A stretch of 64,000 bases of DNA from the NCBI RefSeq assembly GCF_004010195.1, contig NC_057718.1, positions 22,514,291 through 22,578,290 of the forward strand, in the 5' to 3' direction. This document shows, piece after piece, positions 25,841-39,674 of the stretch (its first letter is position 1; each line of letters begins with the position of its first letter). Below the pieces are notes generated by a model. That model was given only the letters and a program-made list of their open reading frames with translations. It was not told where the DNA came from and searched no databases. The position numbers and the translations under genes are program-made. The stretch comes from Chiloscyllium plagiosum (lineage: Eukaryota).

Positions 25841-27706
25841 GATATATATACTGAATTCAGTTTTCGCCTCAATTATTGCCATTGCAAAAAAACTTTAACA
25901 GATCGATTTGTATTTTTATGTGAGATAACTCTTCTGCAGTTGGAATAGACAAAACAGTTTTCGAAGTGAAAAATATACAAATATGTCACGAATATTTGGT
26001 GATTATCATTTTGCATTCAGCTGCGATGATGAAGCTCTTTAGTTCAACATTCTCTTCATTTTTTGACACACATTAATAATAACTTTATTATTGTTATTAT
26101 TACTGTTCTGAAGAAGTCAAAACAGACTCAAAACATTAACTCTGTTTCTCTCTCCACAGATACTGCCAGTCCTGCTAAGTTCATCCAGTATTTTTGTGTT
26201 TGTTAATAATAGCTTCCTTGCTCATTTTAGCTGCATTTTAAGGTTATTAATTGTAAGTGATGATTATTTTTATGAGGTAGAACTTGTACAATGTATGAGC
26301 ACACGTGCCTCCATGTGTGATAGTATGGGGAGGGATCACCAGGCAGTATAACCTAGTATTATTAATGTATGTGGTCCTCAAAGCACTATTGTATACCTGT
26401 GTAACCCATGGTGAATGGTGTTTTAAACATTCTCACTTTTGTGTTAAATTAAGTAACATACTTACTCATGTATACATAACAGAGCAAATTGCTTGCTAAC
26501 AATTACAATGGTATTTATTTTGTTGAAATTTGACTGCTCAATAACAAATTCCAAGTAATTCACCTTAACATGTTATAAGTGTGACAGTGGTGTGGTAATT
26601 CCCATATAGTGCAGATCTATATAAAAATGCAGGATGCGATGGTCACATATTGTCAACTTTGAAATTGCTTCTCAAATGCTTGTTTCTTCTGATTGTTGCA
26701 CAACTTTACAGAAAGGATATTAGACAGTCTCCTAATAATAAACTAAACATCTCAATATATATAATATATACATAATTTTTGCAGCTGACCACAAATTGAC
26801 TCTGAAATTCAGCAAAGGGATAGGGTTTTTTAGAACTGAGCGCTTTACTTTTAGACTCCGAAATCACACAGCTTCCTAGGAAGTACCAGTCAGCGTGACA
26901 TTGGAATATCAGAGCAATGAATATTCATTGCAAGATCAGCTTGTAACGGCGTAGTGCACATTGCTCCTTACAGGGTCACAATTTACTGCAGTGGATTACA
27001 TTCACTGCTGACAGTAACTGTTACTAACAGTGGGGCTGCTGAGACGTACCAAGTCAATTTTTAGTTGGTCAGTCTTTGAGTGTTTTACTCATTACACCTC
27101 TGGTGATGGACCAGATGCATTAGTCAAACGTTCTACAGCAATTTTGCTGCTTCTACCCTGTGCAAAGATTTCAGAATGTTCACTGAAAAGAGTAGAATTG
27201 TAGAGCTGATTATGGTGGAAATAATATGGCACAAAGCATTGGTTTGTATGTCTGGGAGCAGTGCACTAGTCTCCTGTAATACTTATCACTGAAACTGGGT
27301 GCAAGGTAAGTGAGAGAAGCAGCGGTGTTAGTCCATTAGGGCGTGGCAAGGGGGAGCGAGTGGGTCCAGGGTCTGAGGTGAACATGGCAGGTGGAGGGGT
27401 AAGATGAAAAGTGGGGTTCTCAGGAGCTTGTGAAGGTCCTGTGATTGAAATAAGCTCCAGTGTAGCAGCAAAATGTTGCAGGTGAAACTCACAGGTCTGT
27501 GGGGAGAAAGCAGTGTTAATGTTGTGAGTTCCGAGGAAGAGTCACCGGACTCAAAACATTAACTCTTCTTTCTCCCCACAGATGCTGACAGACTCTGCTT
27601 AGTTTCGCCAACAATTTCTGTTTCAAAATTTTTGTTTCATATCTTCTTTGTTTTATTGTGTTGGTAGTGGAGGTTGCTTCCATCTTTCCTGTCCAAGAAC
27701 AGTGTT

Positions 27707-27919
27707 CAAAGTTAAAAGTCATACAACACCAGGCTATAGTCCAACAGGTTTATTTGGAAGCACTAGCTTTCGGAACGCTGCTCCTTCATCAGGTGGTTTG
27801 CTATAAATTCTATGTCTTATGACCTTATACACCACAACCACCTGATGAAAGAGCAGTGCTTCGAAAGCTAGTGATTTTTTAACTTTGCACACCCTCAGTC
27901 CAACACCAGCATTCCAAAT
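27707..27919. mobile_element. Fold-back Penelope-like pLTR insert (family B)
   Basis: Two inverted pLTR pieces, each with a hammerhead-like core; 13-bp direct repeat caagaacagYgtt at 27694-27706 and 27920-27932. Confidence 0.8.
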
Positions 27920-28184
27920 CAAGAACAGCGTTGCTGTCATTTTTGCGACTGTCTCTGGCCTCCGTCAGACTCCTGGGAAATAGCAACAGGAAGTGACTCT
28001 TTGGTGGCTGTTGATTGCGTCATAGGTGAGATTGATTGGCCACAATTGGGAACAGGATGATTGGGCTACTTGATGCCTCCCTGCAGCTCAAACAATTGGC
28101 AGGTAGGCACTGGAAAGGCATTGGTGGCATTTTCGGGCCACCCCTACCTGCCCATGGATCCAGTGGCTAACCGGAGATCTCTTG

Positions 28185-28486
28185 ATTTGGAGGTGCTGGT
28201 GTTGGACTGGGGTGTACAGAGTTAAAAATCACACAACACCAGGTTATAGTCCAACAGGTTTAATTGGAAACACTAGCTTTAGGAGCACTGCTCCTTCATT
28301 AGGTGGTTGTGGAGTATAAGATTGTAAGACACAGAATTTATAGCAAAAGTTTACTGTAATCTTTTGCTATAAATTCTGTGTCTTATGATCTTATACTTCA
28401 CAACCGCCTGATGAAGGAATAGCTCTCTGAAAGCTAGTGCTTCCAAATAAACCTGTTGCTCTAATAATCTGGTGCATAATTTTTAT
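28185..28486. mobile_element. Fold-back Penelope-like pLTR insert (family B)
   Basis: Inverted arms meeting near 28355; 13-bp direct repeat cggagatctcttg at 28172-28184 and 28487-28499. Confidence 0.8.
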
Positions 28487-28659
28487 CGGAGATCTCTTGT
28501 TATTATATTCCAGTTCACTGGTTAGTATGTGACCTATTCTTAGGTGGATGGAAAAATAATATGTTTATGGGATTGTGGCTCAGCATATAATCTCTTAGAC
28601 AAAGTAATTGAACATGAGACAGGTAAATGAATACTACTCAGTCAAGCTATTTTCCAGTT

Positions 28660-29025
28660 AATCGTAAGGAGAGCATTGGTAGCTGAGGGGTGACCTGATA
28701 GATAAAATTATTACTGGCATGAATAGGGTGGATAGTCAGTCTTTCTTTCCCCAAGAGTGGAAAGGTCAAATAGGTTTAAGGTAAGAGGGGAAGGAGATAT
28801 GTGAGGCAAATTTTTTCCACAGAGGGTGATGGGTACCTGAAGGAGAGTTGTGAGAGGCAGATATGTTAGCACAGTTTAAAAGACATTTTAGACAGACACA
28901 TGAACAGTCAGGCAATAGAGGGATATGGACCATGTGCAGGCAGATAGGTTAGTTTAGAATGGCATCATGATCAGCCCAGACATGGGTGGGCCAAAGGGCC
29001 TAATCCTGTGCTATGTTCCATGTAT
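28660..29025 (+). mobile_element. CR1-like LINE 3' fragment (others at ~30110-30310, 44890-45285, 49585-50058, 54375-54548, 59690-60300)
   Basis: ctgaggggtgacctgataga...cagagggtg...tttaaaagacatttt.gacag...gggccaaagggcct tail. Confidence 0.75.
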
Positions 29026-32000
29026 CAAAAATACAAAGATGTGGTGGTTAGTGCAGCCTGGGTTGTTGGTAAGTATTTTGGGGACAAATAAGCCACCAGG
29101 AGATGTAAAGGAATAGTCCCCACGGTGAAGTAAACAGTGAAAGGGGAGGTCCAGATATAATTGTACTCAGGGGAGGAAATCTGGATGTAGTAGCAGAGAC
29201 TCAAATTAGTCATGGGAGGTCAGGAGAAGCACCATTGTTTTTCTGAACCATGAGATAACCCTAACACAATTAAGCACAATAGAGAAACATACCTGGGCTT
29301 CTTTTGGCTCTATTTTTGTGTACTATGACCAGACATCGGCAAGTCCAGGAGAGGCTTGCAAGCCTGGATTCAAATACCGTGTTGCGATCTGAATAGCATC
29401 ATTAGATTGCAAGTTTTATCTGTTAATGAGCTCCGCCTCTTGGAGATGGGAAGATCTGGAAATAGCTTCAGGCTTGGACATGTTGGGAATGTATTTTCAA
29501 ATTGAGCTTAAAGTTTTCAACCATCCTCGTGCTCTCAGTGACCTCCAAAACTTCTCCTTGGTCTGGCAGAGCCCAAGTTGCAGTTCTTAAGATGTTTTGA
29601 AGGATTACTGGGACAAATGAATTTTCTTTAAAAAAATGATTCTTCATTTAAAAGTGGTTAGAACAAATGATTGGACCCAAACAAGCCTTTCCCTGTTTTA
29701 ATAAAGAACCCTGTCAAATTGCTTTTTTGCCATATCTCTATTTGGAAACCTATCAAACTTAAGCCAATTGTATTATCAGTTTTATTAGAATAACAAATTT
29801 GTGAGGATGAAGTTTCTATTGGGCTTTCCTTCAGCCGTAATTTTGGTGGGAAGACATCCTATTTCTGCCCAATTGGGTTTCTCTCAACGTTGCAGTGCAT
29901 CAGTGGGAGACAGTCCAAGGAAATTCACCCCATATTTCGCTTGAGCAGCGATATCTCCTAATATCCCTTCCAAAACTTCCACTGGATTCAAGAGGATTAT
30001 TCTGTTCTCCCATCTATGCTGTAACTGCCAAAAGTTGTTCATTTTCCCAGCCAGGGTAACCACGGTTCTAATGGCCTGAGGGACACTTTTTAAAACAGGT
30101 AGTACGAATATGAATGAGCTGCTGGAGGAAGTGATAAAGACGAGTACAATTACAACATTTAAAAGATATTTGGACAGGTACATGGATAGGAAATATTTAG
30201 GGGGGATATGGGCCAAGTGCAGACAAATGGGACTAGTTCAGTTAGGAAATGTAGTTGGCATGGATAAGTTGAAGGGTCTGTTTCTGTGCTGCATGTCTCT
30301 ATGACTCTGAATCAGACCAGAGAAAATTGAGTTGGTCTGTATACACTGATATATTTAGGAAGGAACTTCAATTAGTTGTCCATTATCTTCCCATATTGTC
30401 ATATATCTTTCTAATTTTTACCTTGTCCACTGATATTTTTGCTTTTCAATACTTCACACAATTGCATAAGCTCATAAAACATTGCTACTTCAGTGGGAAC
30501 TAGGTTCACTTGCTTATCCAGTGATTCCACTGCTCATCATGGGAAAATTACAGCAGTCAGTCAGGAGACCCCTGGGAAATTCATGGTGGTGTTTTTAGAA
30601 AGTTAAGCTACTGTGAAATCACTTTTGCAGAAACAAAGAAAGCAAGCCCAGTTGACTTTGCAAGGTTTTATAAATTAAATCCGTAACAAATGAAATAATC
30701 TTTAATATCAATTTCAGTAACCTCACAATCAGTAAGATTCTTTCAATAATTAGGAAACCAAGACGACACTCCAGTGAGGGTTTGCCCAATAACTTGCCAT
30801 TACCCTATTCTTTTATTGATTTGGTGGTGTGCTGTCTGTAAGATTAATGTATTAATCCACTGGTGTTTGCTGCTCCATCCATTTACTGACTTTATTGGTC
30901 ATGCCCAATTCTCCATTACTTCATTAATTCACCAGTAAGTATTCTTCCAATGATTTACCTGCTGATGTGCCCGTTGCTCGATGAATTTATTATTTCAGTA
31001 GGTGTGCCTCCTATTGCAATAATTAATTCATTCACCAGACAACTCGCAGTATTTGTACGGCATGGTCATCCCACAAAATTAATTTGTCGGTAACTGCTGC
31101 ACCATTGATTAATTTGTTGGTTGTTTTTGTTCCTGCTCCAATATTTTATTGATTATTTGATTTGCTCAATCTTTTTTATTAATCAATAGTATGGGTTACT
31201 CTAGTTAGTGTATTGTTAGTGCATCCTAATCCTCTCTGGGTATATTCATTCACTACACCCTGCTTTCAATAACTTGTTAATATTTTCATACAATTGCCCT
31301 CTATGATTTAATTAATTCATTTACATTTGAAACTCCAGCACTTTATCCATTTACTGATTTGTCTACTGCAGTGTTTATACTTTTATTTGTTGTTCTCTAT
31401 GAATTCCTTGCTCCCTGATAACCCATTAATTTAACTATTGGATGCTATACCTGCTGGTTTATGAATTGATGAATTCTTTGGTGCCCACTTCTCTGTCTAA
31501 TTTGCAGTCACTCACTGACATACTAATTATTTGGTTACTGGTTCCCTCAGCTATTGAAAATTATTTATTTAAAGATGTCAATGGCTCCAACAATTTATTA
31601 ATTCAAGAGGGTACATAACTGTGCTGCATTGTTCATCAGTATCCTTTTGTAGTTGTGAGTAATTCATATGGTTTTTGGAGTCAGACCTTTCCATCTGAAG
31701 CCGACCAGCTGCAGCTTATGGATAAGCTATAATTTTGGCAGATAGCACACCTCCCGGAGGCCTGTTTAATATGAATTACAGTGAGAATTCACATCTTAAT
31801 GTGGAATCAAATGCTACTTAGTTCTGACTCAGCACTGCCACCACAAATTCTTGAACCTGCCCCCAAATTATGGGTGATTTCGGGTGCTAGTTACCCAGTT
31901 GCTGAGCTACTTAAAACGACACTCACCTTCTCTCGTTTAACTTGCTTCAACAGTTTAGCAAATATCTTTCTCTTACTTTTCGTCTGATATGGATGCAAAA

Positions 32001-32394
32001 TCACTTTGTTTTTTGTTTCTCATTCTCATTTTCAATAAGCTTAAAAAAGTATAGAATCGTGAAATCCCTACAGTGTGAAAGCAGGCCATTCAGCCTATCG
32101 GGTCCACACCCACCCTCCGAAGAGCATCCAACCCAGACCCACCTCATCTCTGTAACCCTGCACTTCTCATGGCTAATCTATCTAGCTTGCACATCCCTGG
32201 ACGCTATTGGAAATTTCCTGTAACCAGTCTACCGAACCTGTGCATCTTTTGACTGTCGGAGCAAACTGGAGCAACTGGAAGAGCCTGGCTGTTTCTAAAA
32301 TTAGGATCCATTCTGATCGGAAAAAGACAGGAGTAGCAACATATAGGAAAGCCAAATCTACATGCAGCAGAAAGGAGAGCACAGAAAGAGAGAT

Positions 32395-32750
32395 CGATGC
32401 ATTTATACAGCACTTTTCACAACTGCTAGATGCCTCAAAGCACTGTGCAGTTAAAGAAAACCTTTTGAAGTTCAGTTACTGTTGAACTTTAGGAAATGTA
32501 ACAGTCAGTTAGCTCCTACTAATGGCAATGTAATAAAGACCAGATAGTTTTTATTGACATCAGTTGAAAGATTAATATCGTTCAGACATTGTGGGTAGCT
32601 GTCCTGCTTTTCTTCAAAGTAATACTATGTGATCTTTAACAGCAGCCAGAGCAGGCATATAGAGTTTGGTTAAATGTTTCATCCAAAAGACAGCACCTCT
32701 GACAGAGCAGCACTCCGTCAACATTACACTATAGCATCAGCATTAATATT
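32395..32750 (-). mobile_element. DeuSINE/AmnSINE-like old SINE remnant (related pieces ~60365-60920 minus, ~62740-62970 plus)
   Basis: The copies share gtaaaagatccca..., gaagaaaagcag.ggagttct..., aatggctgc..tttcctacatta...acttcaaaa blocks, which I recognise as Deu-domain/tail-like; no alignment was run. Confidence 0.55.
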
Positions 32751-34367
32751 TTGAGTAAGAGACTTTGCAGACATCTTCATTCTCTCCATAACTAACAATA
32801 CCTGCAGTTCTCGGGGGAGCAAGCATGGCTATGTATCTCCTGGAAGGAAGGCTCTCGCAGACTAATATTGCCACTTGCAACCATGGCTGTAATTCATGCC
32901 AAACTTTATTGTGATCCTCAATTTTTTCATCTCCAGTTTTTTCCCTATATTAGTTTAACAGCAGTATCATGGTTCCTGAAACTGGTTACTGAGACTTGCA
33001 ACTTTATCATTTTCCCCCGTGTCAACCAAAATGGCAGGTTCGAAGTCTAAGATTTGAAGAAACCACAGACTGTTTCCAAGTTCATAGCAGCAGTGCTGAC
33101 ACATAATTTGCCATGAGGGTCCTTCATGTCAACTCATCACCTTCAGGAACTGTTAGAGAATCTAGGACTTCAATGTGGAACTGCTGTGCAATCATCGGAA
33201 GTGCATCACACTGGATACGATGGCATCAATGGGCTCTTCATTTGCTGGCTGGAGAAACTGTGGGGGTCCTGCATCGCCTTCTTTTGGGAAACCCTGTTGC
33301 ACTGAGCCACTACCCGAGGATCAAGGAGCCAGGAGTGAGTGGGATGGGGATTGGGGAATGGATGTCTGACACACTGAGAGCTGCCAACCACTTGGAGACC
33401 AACTCTTCTGTATTCAGCAGCATCACCAAAACCTCGGATACAGGAGGAATGCAAGAATAGGGGAGTAATGGCAGCAAGGTGCCAATGATGTGGGGGTAAC
33501 GGAGGAGCAATGCTTTTGGCTGGGTTCCCCTTTCCTGATGCCAACTCCTTTCGGAGCCTGCAAGAATAGAAAAGATAGATTACTCTTCATATCCTCTGCA
33601 TGGTGAGTCCCCCACCTGGTTCTGAGTTCAAATGACCTGTTTGGGATGAGGCCCTTGAGAGGACATTAATTGGCCACTTAAGTATGTAAATTGACAGAGG
33701 ATGCCGCCCATGGATCTTCCTACCACAGACTTTATCGGGTGGAGACAGGAAGCTTGGAGTGTCTTCATTTAACTCCCTCCTTCCCAATTAAATGCCCTAT
33801 GCAAAACTAATGGTGACGGGTGTTGAACGATGCCATTGACTGGGCCCAACATTATTTGAACCTCAGGACATGACCTGTCAGATTTCCTCATAGTCCTAGG
33901 TGCAGCCATCATGAACTTCTTTTCCAGTGATCCTCCCTCCATTGTCATCAGAAATGGAAATGGTCGCTGATGATTGCACCATGTTCATGAATGTTTTCAA
34001 CTCCTCAGCCATCCATGCTCATCTGCAGCAGCACCACGTTCAGGTTTGCACGGAAAATCGCAAGCAGCATCCATGCCAGGGAATGTTTATCTCCAACAAA
34101 GAGCACCTGACCACTTTCCGTTGGCATTTGGGGGTAACATCACCACTGGATTCCCCCAACCTTAGTATCCTGGGTGCTACCATTGACTAGAATAAGGAAA
34201 ACAAACTATTTATTAATGTAATTTGCTCCATTCTACATAACTTTGTCTGTAACGAAGGTTACCGCAAGGTGGATAAAGCACTTTGTTAAGATGACATAAG
34301 AACCAGTGTATAAATCAGTGCTTCAGATATATTTTGCTGCTCACAAATGAAATACCCTCCTTTTCAG

Positions 34368-34485
34368 GTTTATGTTAAAAAGGACGAAACCTGATTATAA
34401 TGTGGCTCACTCCTCACCTCGACTTACGGAGGAAGTACTGGCAGAGGACAGGGATGATTATGACTTTCTGATGCAGACAACAACT
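34368..34485 (+). CDS. RYR2: RYR2 coding exon (divergent region 2; ~exon 32)
   Basis: cttttcag|GTTTATG...ACAACT|gtaagt; 118 nt; (R)FMLKRTKPDYNVAHSSPRLTEEVLAEDRDDYDFLMQTTT; too short for the ORF track. Confidence 0.94.
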
Positions 34486-35334
34486 GTAAGTGCTTTATAA
34501 TGGTCACCTTACATCAAATTTACTTTTGCTTTAATGAAATACTTTCAACACTTATTTGTTGACTTGTTTCTGAAGCAGTTTTCATTTGCTTGGTCAAAAT
34601 AGAGTATAGCTTGTGGATCCCATTGACTCACCAGTTGTTGTCCAGTACTTTCAAAAAGGGCCAAACTAATGCAGCATCATAAAAGAAGTTGAATAATTAA
34701 CTTGCAGCATTTATTTACTTCCCCAATTCTATCATCTGCTGTTTCTGTTTTCTTGGTACCAAATCTAAAATTTGGAATTAAATCTGTTTCTTGTATTTGA
34801 AACAAAACTAGTGAAGGTAAATGATCTTATTTATATGTTGTCATGTGTATGTTGTCACAAAATATAGTAAAAAAGTGCTGGATAGTGTTGTCACACTCCG
34901 GCGTCACACAGAAAAGTTAAAAAAAAAGAATGTAAAGACTATGTAAAGAAAAATGGAGAAGTAAAGAAAAATTATCCATCTTTACAGTCCCTCTTGTTAA
35001 TTGCTCCACCATGGGCCATGAGCCGGATGGCTAGGCACAAGCCCCCTTCATCCTGCTGCCATCATTGGAACAAAAGTCACCACACTTTGGCTCCATCTCA
35101 CCTCCACTGATGCCCGTGCCACTATGAGTCCTCAATGGACCTCGCCAATGTAGATGCTGCTGATGCTGCCGAATACTGCACTGACCTAAAATTGACTCTG
35201 CTGCTGCCATGAGTCCGCTTTGGGACCATCTTTCCAATGCAGCCATTGCTGATGCTGCCAGGTCTCATACTGAGCCAAATTAAAATGCGTGTTGAGTTAT
35301 ATATGTAATACACTGGAGGTAGAGGCTATAGAAA

Positions 35335-37110
35335 TATCTCCACCCTCAATGATGCAAGAGCCCAATACATCAGTGCAAAACATAAGACTATAGCATTTGC
35401 AACAATCGTCAGCCAGAAGTGCCAAGTGGATGATTCATCTTGGCTTTCTTAAGTGGTTCCCCAGCATCACTGATACTAGTCTTCACCCATTTTGATTCCC
35501 TGCATGTGATATCGAGAAACAGTTTGAGACAGTGGATACTGCAAAGGCTGTGTGGTCTGACAATATTCCAGCAATAGAACTAAAGACTTGTACTCCAGAA
35601 CTTGCCTCTCCCCTAGCCAAATTTTTCCAGTACTGTTACAACACTGGCATCTACCCAACAATGTGAAAACTTACCCATGTATGTTCTGTATATTAAAAAC
35701 CCAGCCAATTACTGCCCCATCTGTCTACTCTTGATCATCAATAAAATGATGGAAGGTGTCATCAGCGGTGCTATCAAACAGCACCTGCTCAACAATAACC
35801 TGCTCAGTGATGCCCAGTTTGGGTTCTGCCAGTGCCACTCAGCTCCTTATTGCATTATGGACTTGGTTCAAACATGGACGAAAGCATTGAATTCCAGAGG
35901 TGAGCTGAGATTGATAGCCCTTGACATCATGGCTGCATTCGAATGAGTGTGGCCTCAGGGAGCCCCAACAAAACTGGAATCACTAGAGATCAGGGACAAA
36001 CTCTCTGCTGGTTGGTGTCATACCTGACACATCGGAAGATGGTCAGTGGTTGTTGGATGTTGGTATCTCAGCTCCAAGACATTTCTGCAGGAGTTCCTCA
36101 GGTCAGTGTCCTAGGCCTACCCATATTCAGCTGCTTCATCAAAGACCTTTCCTCCATCATAGGGTCAGAGTGGAAATGTTCACCAATGATTGCAAAATGT
36201 TCAGCACCATTTGCGACTCCTCACATGCTGAAGCTGACCATATTCATATCCAACAAGATCTGGACAATATCCAGGCTTATGCTGACAAGTCGCAAGTAAA
36301 TTTATGCTACACAAATGTCAGGCAATGATCATCTCCAATAAGAGACAATCTAATCATCGCCCCTTGACATTCAATAATATTACTGTAATTGAATCCCCCT
36401 TTTCCTCCTCCCCCTCGTCCTCCTCCTGCTCCTCGGATGCTGCCTGACCTGCTGTGCTTTTCCAGAACCACTCAATTCTCGGCAGAAATTCAACTGGACT
36501 TGCCACATAAGCATAATTACAAGAGCATGTTAGAGGCTATGAATACTGTGGTGAGTAAATCACTTCCTGACTCCCCAAAGTCTGTTCACCATCTACATGG
36601 CACAAGTCAGCAGTGTGATAGAATATTCTCACTTGGCTAGATGGTTGCAGCTCCAACAATAATCAAGGAGCTTGACACTATCAAGGACAAAGCAGCCTGC
36701 TTGATTGGCACCACATATCCTCCACCACCGATGCTCAATAGCAGCAGTGTGTATTATCTACATGATGCACTGCAGGAATTTACGAAAGGTACTTAGACAG
36801 CATTTTCCAACCCATGACCACTTCCATCAAGAAGGACAAGGGCAGCAGATATATGGGAACATCAACACCTGCAAGTTCCCCTCCAAGCCACTCACCATCC
36901 TGACTTAGAAATGTATTACCATACCTTCACTACCACTGGGTCAAAATCCTGGAATTCCATGTCGAAAGGCATTGTGGGTCAACCTATAGTGTGTGGACTG
37001 CAGCAGTTCAAGAAGGCAGCTCACCACCACCTTCGCAAAGGCATCAAGTGATGGGCAATAAGTATTGGCCCAGTCAGTGATCAACATATCGCCTGAGTCA
37101 ATCAAAAAAT
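35335..37110 (+). mobile_element. Degenerate CR1/L2-clade non-LTR retrotransposon (RT to 3' tail)
   Basis: NPANYCPICLL...QFGF...IALDIMAAFE, GVPQVSVLGLPIF, MFTNDC; frameshifted; a family A pLTR scrap is nested at ~36415-36475. Confidence 0.85.
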
Positions 37111-37671
37111 GAATGATTTAGTCTTAAGATTTCAGGTATCGATTTTAGTGTTTACTATTAAGCATTGGCAGGTACATGCTGCATTTGTATTTGATTGCAT
37201 GATTAAGTGTTTGCAGACATCAATTCTGTTCTGTCTCACTTGTTACCTCATTTATGCAGCAGAATAAGTTTCATTGGAAGCAGCTCTGGAAATGTCTTGG
37301 CTTCGCTGGATATGGATTAACCCCATTTAGACAGTGGGGTGTAATTCAGAGGGAAATGGCATCTGTCTAATACACTGAACAACAGTGACAAACATGTCTG
37401 CAGTGGCATAGAGTTTTTAAAAAATTGCCAATTGTGATTGGGGATTTATTGCTGAGGATTATTTTCCCCAGTATCTGGGGAAAGTCCACACTAGTCAGCA
37501 ACATAAACCTGTTCTACTTTACAATAAGTGAGTGAAAAGGCCATGCAACATCACTTCCTGTGCATTGTTGTTATATTTAGAGAGTAACAGTGAATGATTG
37601 GAGATTGAGAAAAAGAAATGGAGAGTGTGTGATGTTAGCCTCTCTGCTAATCACGGTTTGCTTTTTTACAG

Positions 37672-37832
37672 TATTATTATTCTGTGAGAATATTTCCTGG
37701 TCAGGAGCCGGCTAATGTGTGGGTCGGTTGGATTACCTCAGATTTTCATCAGTACGACACTGCTTATGATCTGGAGAAGGTTCGCACTGTGACAGTAACA
37801 CTCGGAGATGAGAAAGGAAAAGTCCATGAAAG
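37672..37832 (+). CDS. RYR2: RYR2 coding exon (SPRY3; ~exon 33)
   Basis: ttttttacag|TATTATTAT...CATGAAAG|gtgaag; 161 nt; [53 protein letters not shown](S). Confidence 0.95.
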
Positions 37833-39674
37833 GTGAAGAATTGCACTGTAATCTGGACCGAGCAATAATTTCATGACTAAACTGTTGATTATAGGAGAAA
37901 ATAAGGCAAATTTCTGGATAAGTAACTGTTTGGAGGAAGAAGCTTTTTCCTTCTATAAAATGCAGGTATTGAAGACAGTCATGTCCCAAAATATCAGGAA
38001 TAGCTTTGGAGACTGGGTTGAATGAGGTTTTAATTTGAGCTGAGTTATTGAAGGGAGAAGAAGATTTTAGCATGAAGGAGAATTGAGGAGCTTGACTACA
38101 TGGGCCTACATGGTCCCTACCCCCATCTCCTAATGATTACGATCACTGCAGTGCAGCGCTTCTATTCTGGGAGCAACATTAATTATTTTCAGGGAAGACT
38201 TCCGCCCCCTCCTCAGGAAGAACTCTCAATTTTGAGGGCAGGATTTAGAAGGGTGGCTGCTGCCGGGACTCCTTGGTGTCCTGCCATGCTGAGAGGCTTA
38301 GGCAGATCCTGGATTGGGGTCTTACTGCGGGGTTCAGGACTGGGTTGACGAGGCTGGGCGAGATGTGGGGAGGCAGATTTGAAAGGGAGGATGACTCCTT
38401 CGAATCTGGAATAGTGGAGGGGTGGAGGAGTCATTGGTTGGTGCATGTTTCCATTGGACTGAGGGGCCCTAAATAGGAGACTCATAACACCCCCCTCAAT
38501 TGTCTCTCCACCCTTCATAAAATTTCACACAGTTTGGGAGATAGGGCAGCAGAGATTTGGTTGGGTAGGCAATGATGGAGCACCCTGTAGAATTTTGTCC
38601 AATCCATTAAGGGGGCTATAAAATCCAGACTTTTCTTTAAATTGACCTATTTTACTAATCACCCCATTCAGGGATGTTATTACACATCTCTGGAACAGGT
38701 CGGACATGAACCCAGGTCTCTTAGTCTAAGGGTAGGGATACTACAACTACACCACAAGATGGGATAGTATTAGGAATGATTTTGATGAGGTCAATATTTT
38801 TCATTGCTGTATGAGAATCAACAAGGAGGACCATCAGAAGTAATGATGTCAGCCCTTTGTTGACCTTGGAGTGATAATGTGATGTTCGAAGAATCAAAAT
38901 AAGAAAATTTTGTTACATCACAAGTAGTGTTCCCTCTAACCTGCATGGGTTTGCAGCAATCCAGATGTCCTGTGCAGTGCAACAAACAGACCATGTGCAC
39001 AACCAACATTACTTTTAACATGCACGCATGGATGGCTATGCAATAGCCTGCACAGTATGCAGTGCAAGATATAAACATTGCACAACCAAGAAATGTTCCA
39101 GCAGTAAGTCCAAAGGGTTTGGGTGAGGAGGGTTGACAGTTTGTTGACTGACGAACGATGTTGCATGTACATTAAGATAGCACCCTGAAAATCGTAAAAC
39201 ACCTCAAGACAGTTGACAGAAGCATTATCAAACATAATTTGACACTGGATCTCATGAGGATGTATTAGGACTCATGACCAAAAGTTTGGCTAGTAAGGTA
39301 GATTTTAAGGAGCATCTTAAAGAGACAAGAAACTTTTTAGCTGGTGACTTCTGGAGCTTAAGAGAAGTGAGGTGATCGTATGAGGAGTGAACTGAAGCTT
39401 TTAATAGCCTTATGAAAATAAAACGTAAATGAGTCTTCAGCTGTTTTGTAAGAAGCCTGCAGCAGTCCTTTCAAAGAGCATTGGTTAGGTCAGTAAGTTA
39501 TTACAATTGGGGGAGAATTGTAACTGACATAGCATCCCAACCTGCTTATTTAAGTAGCTAGAGCCTTGCTGAAATCAAATGGGTGGGATGTTCACCCACT
39601 TAGGTAGCTCTGGAAGTCACTTCTCGATTTTCAACTGTTGAATGTCTGTTTTGGAATCAATTGGAAACATCCTT

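Noticed and set aside
38924..39090. agtgttccctctaa as a hAT-type terminal inverted repeat
   Set aside because: No convincing partner terminus or 8-bp TSD found nearby
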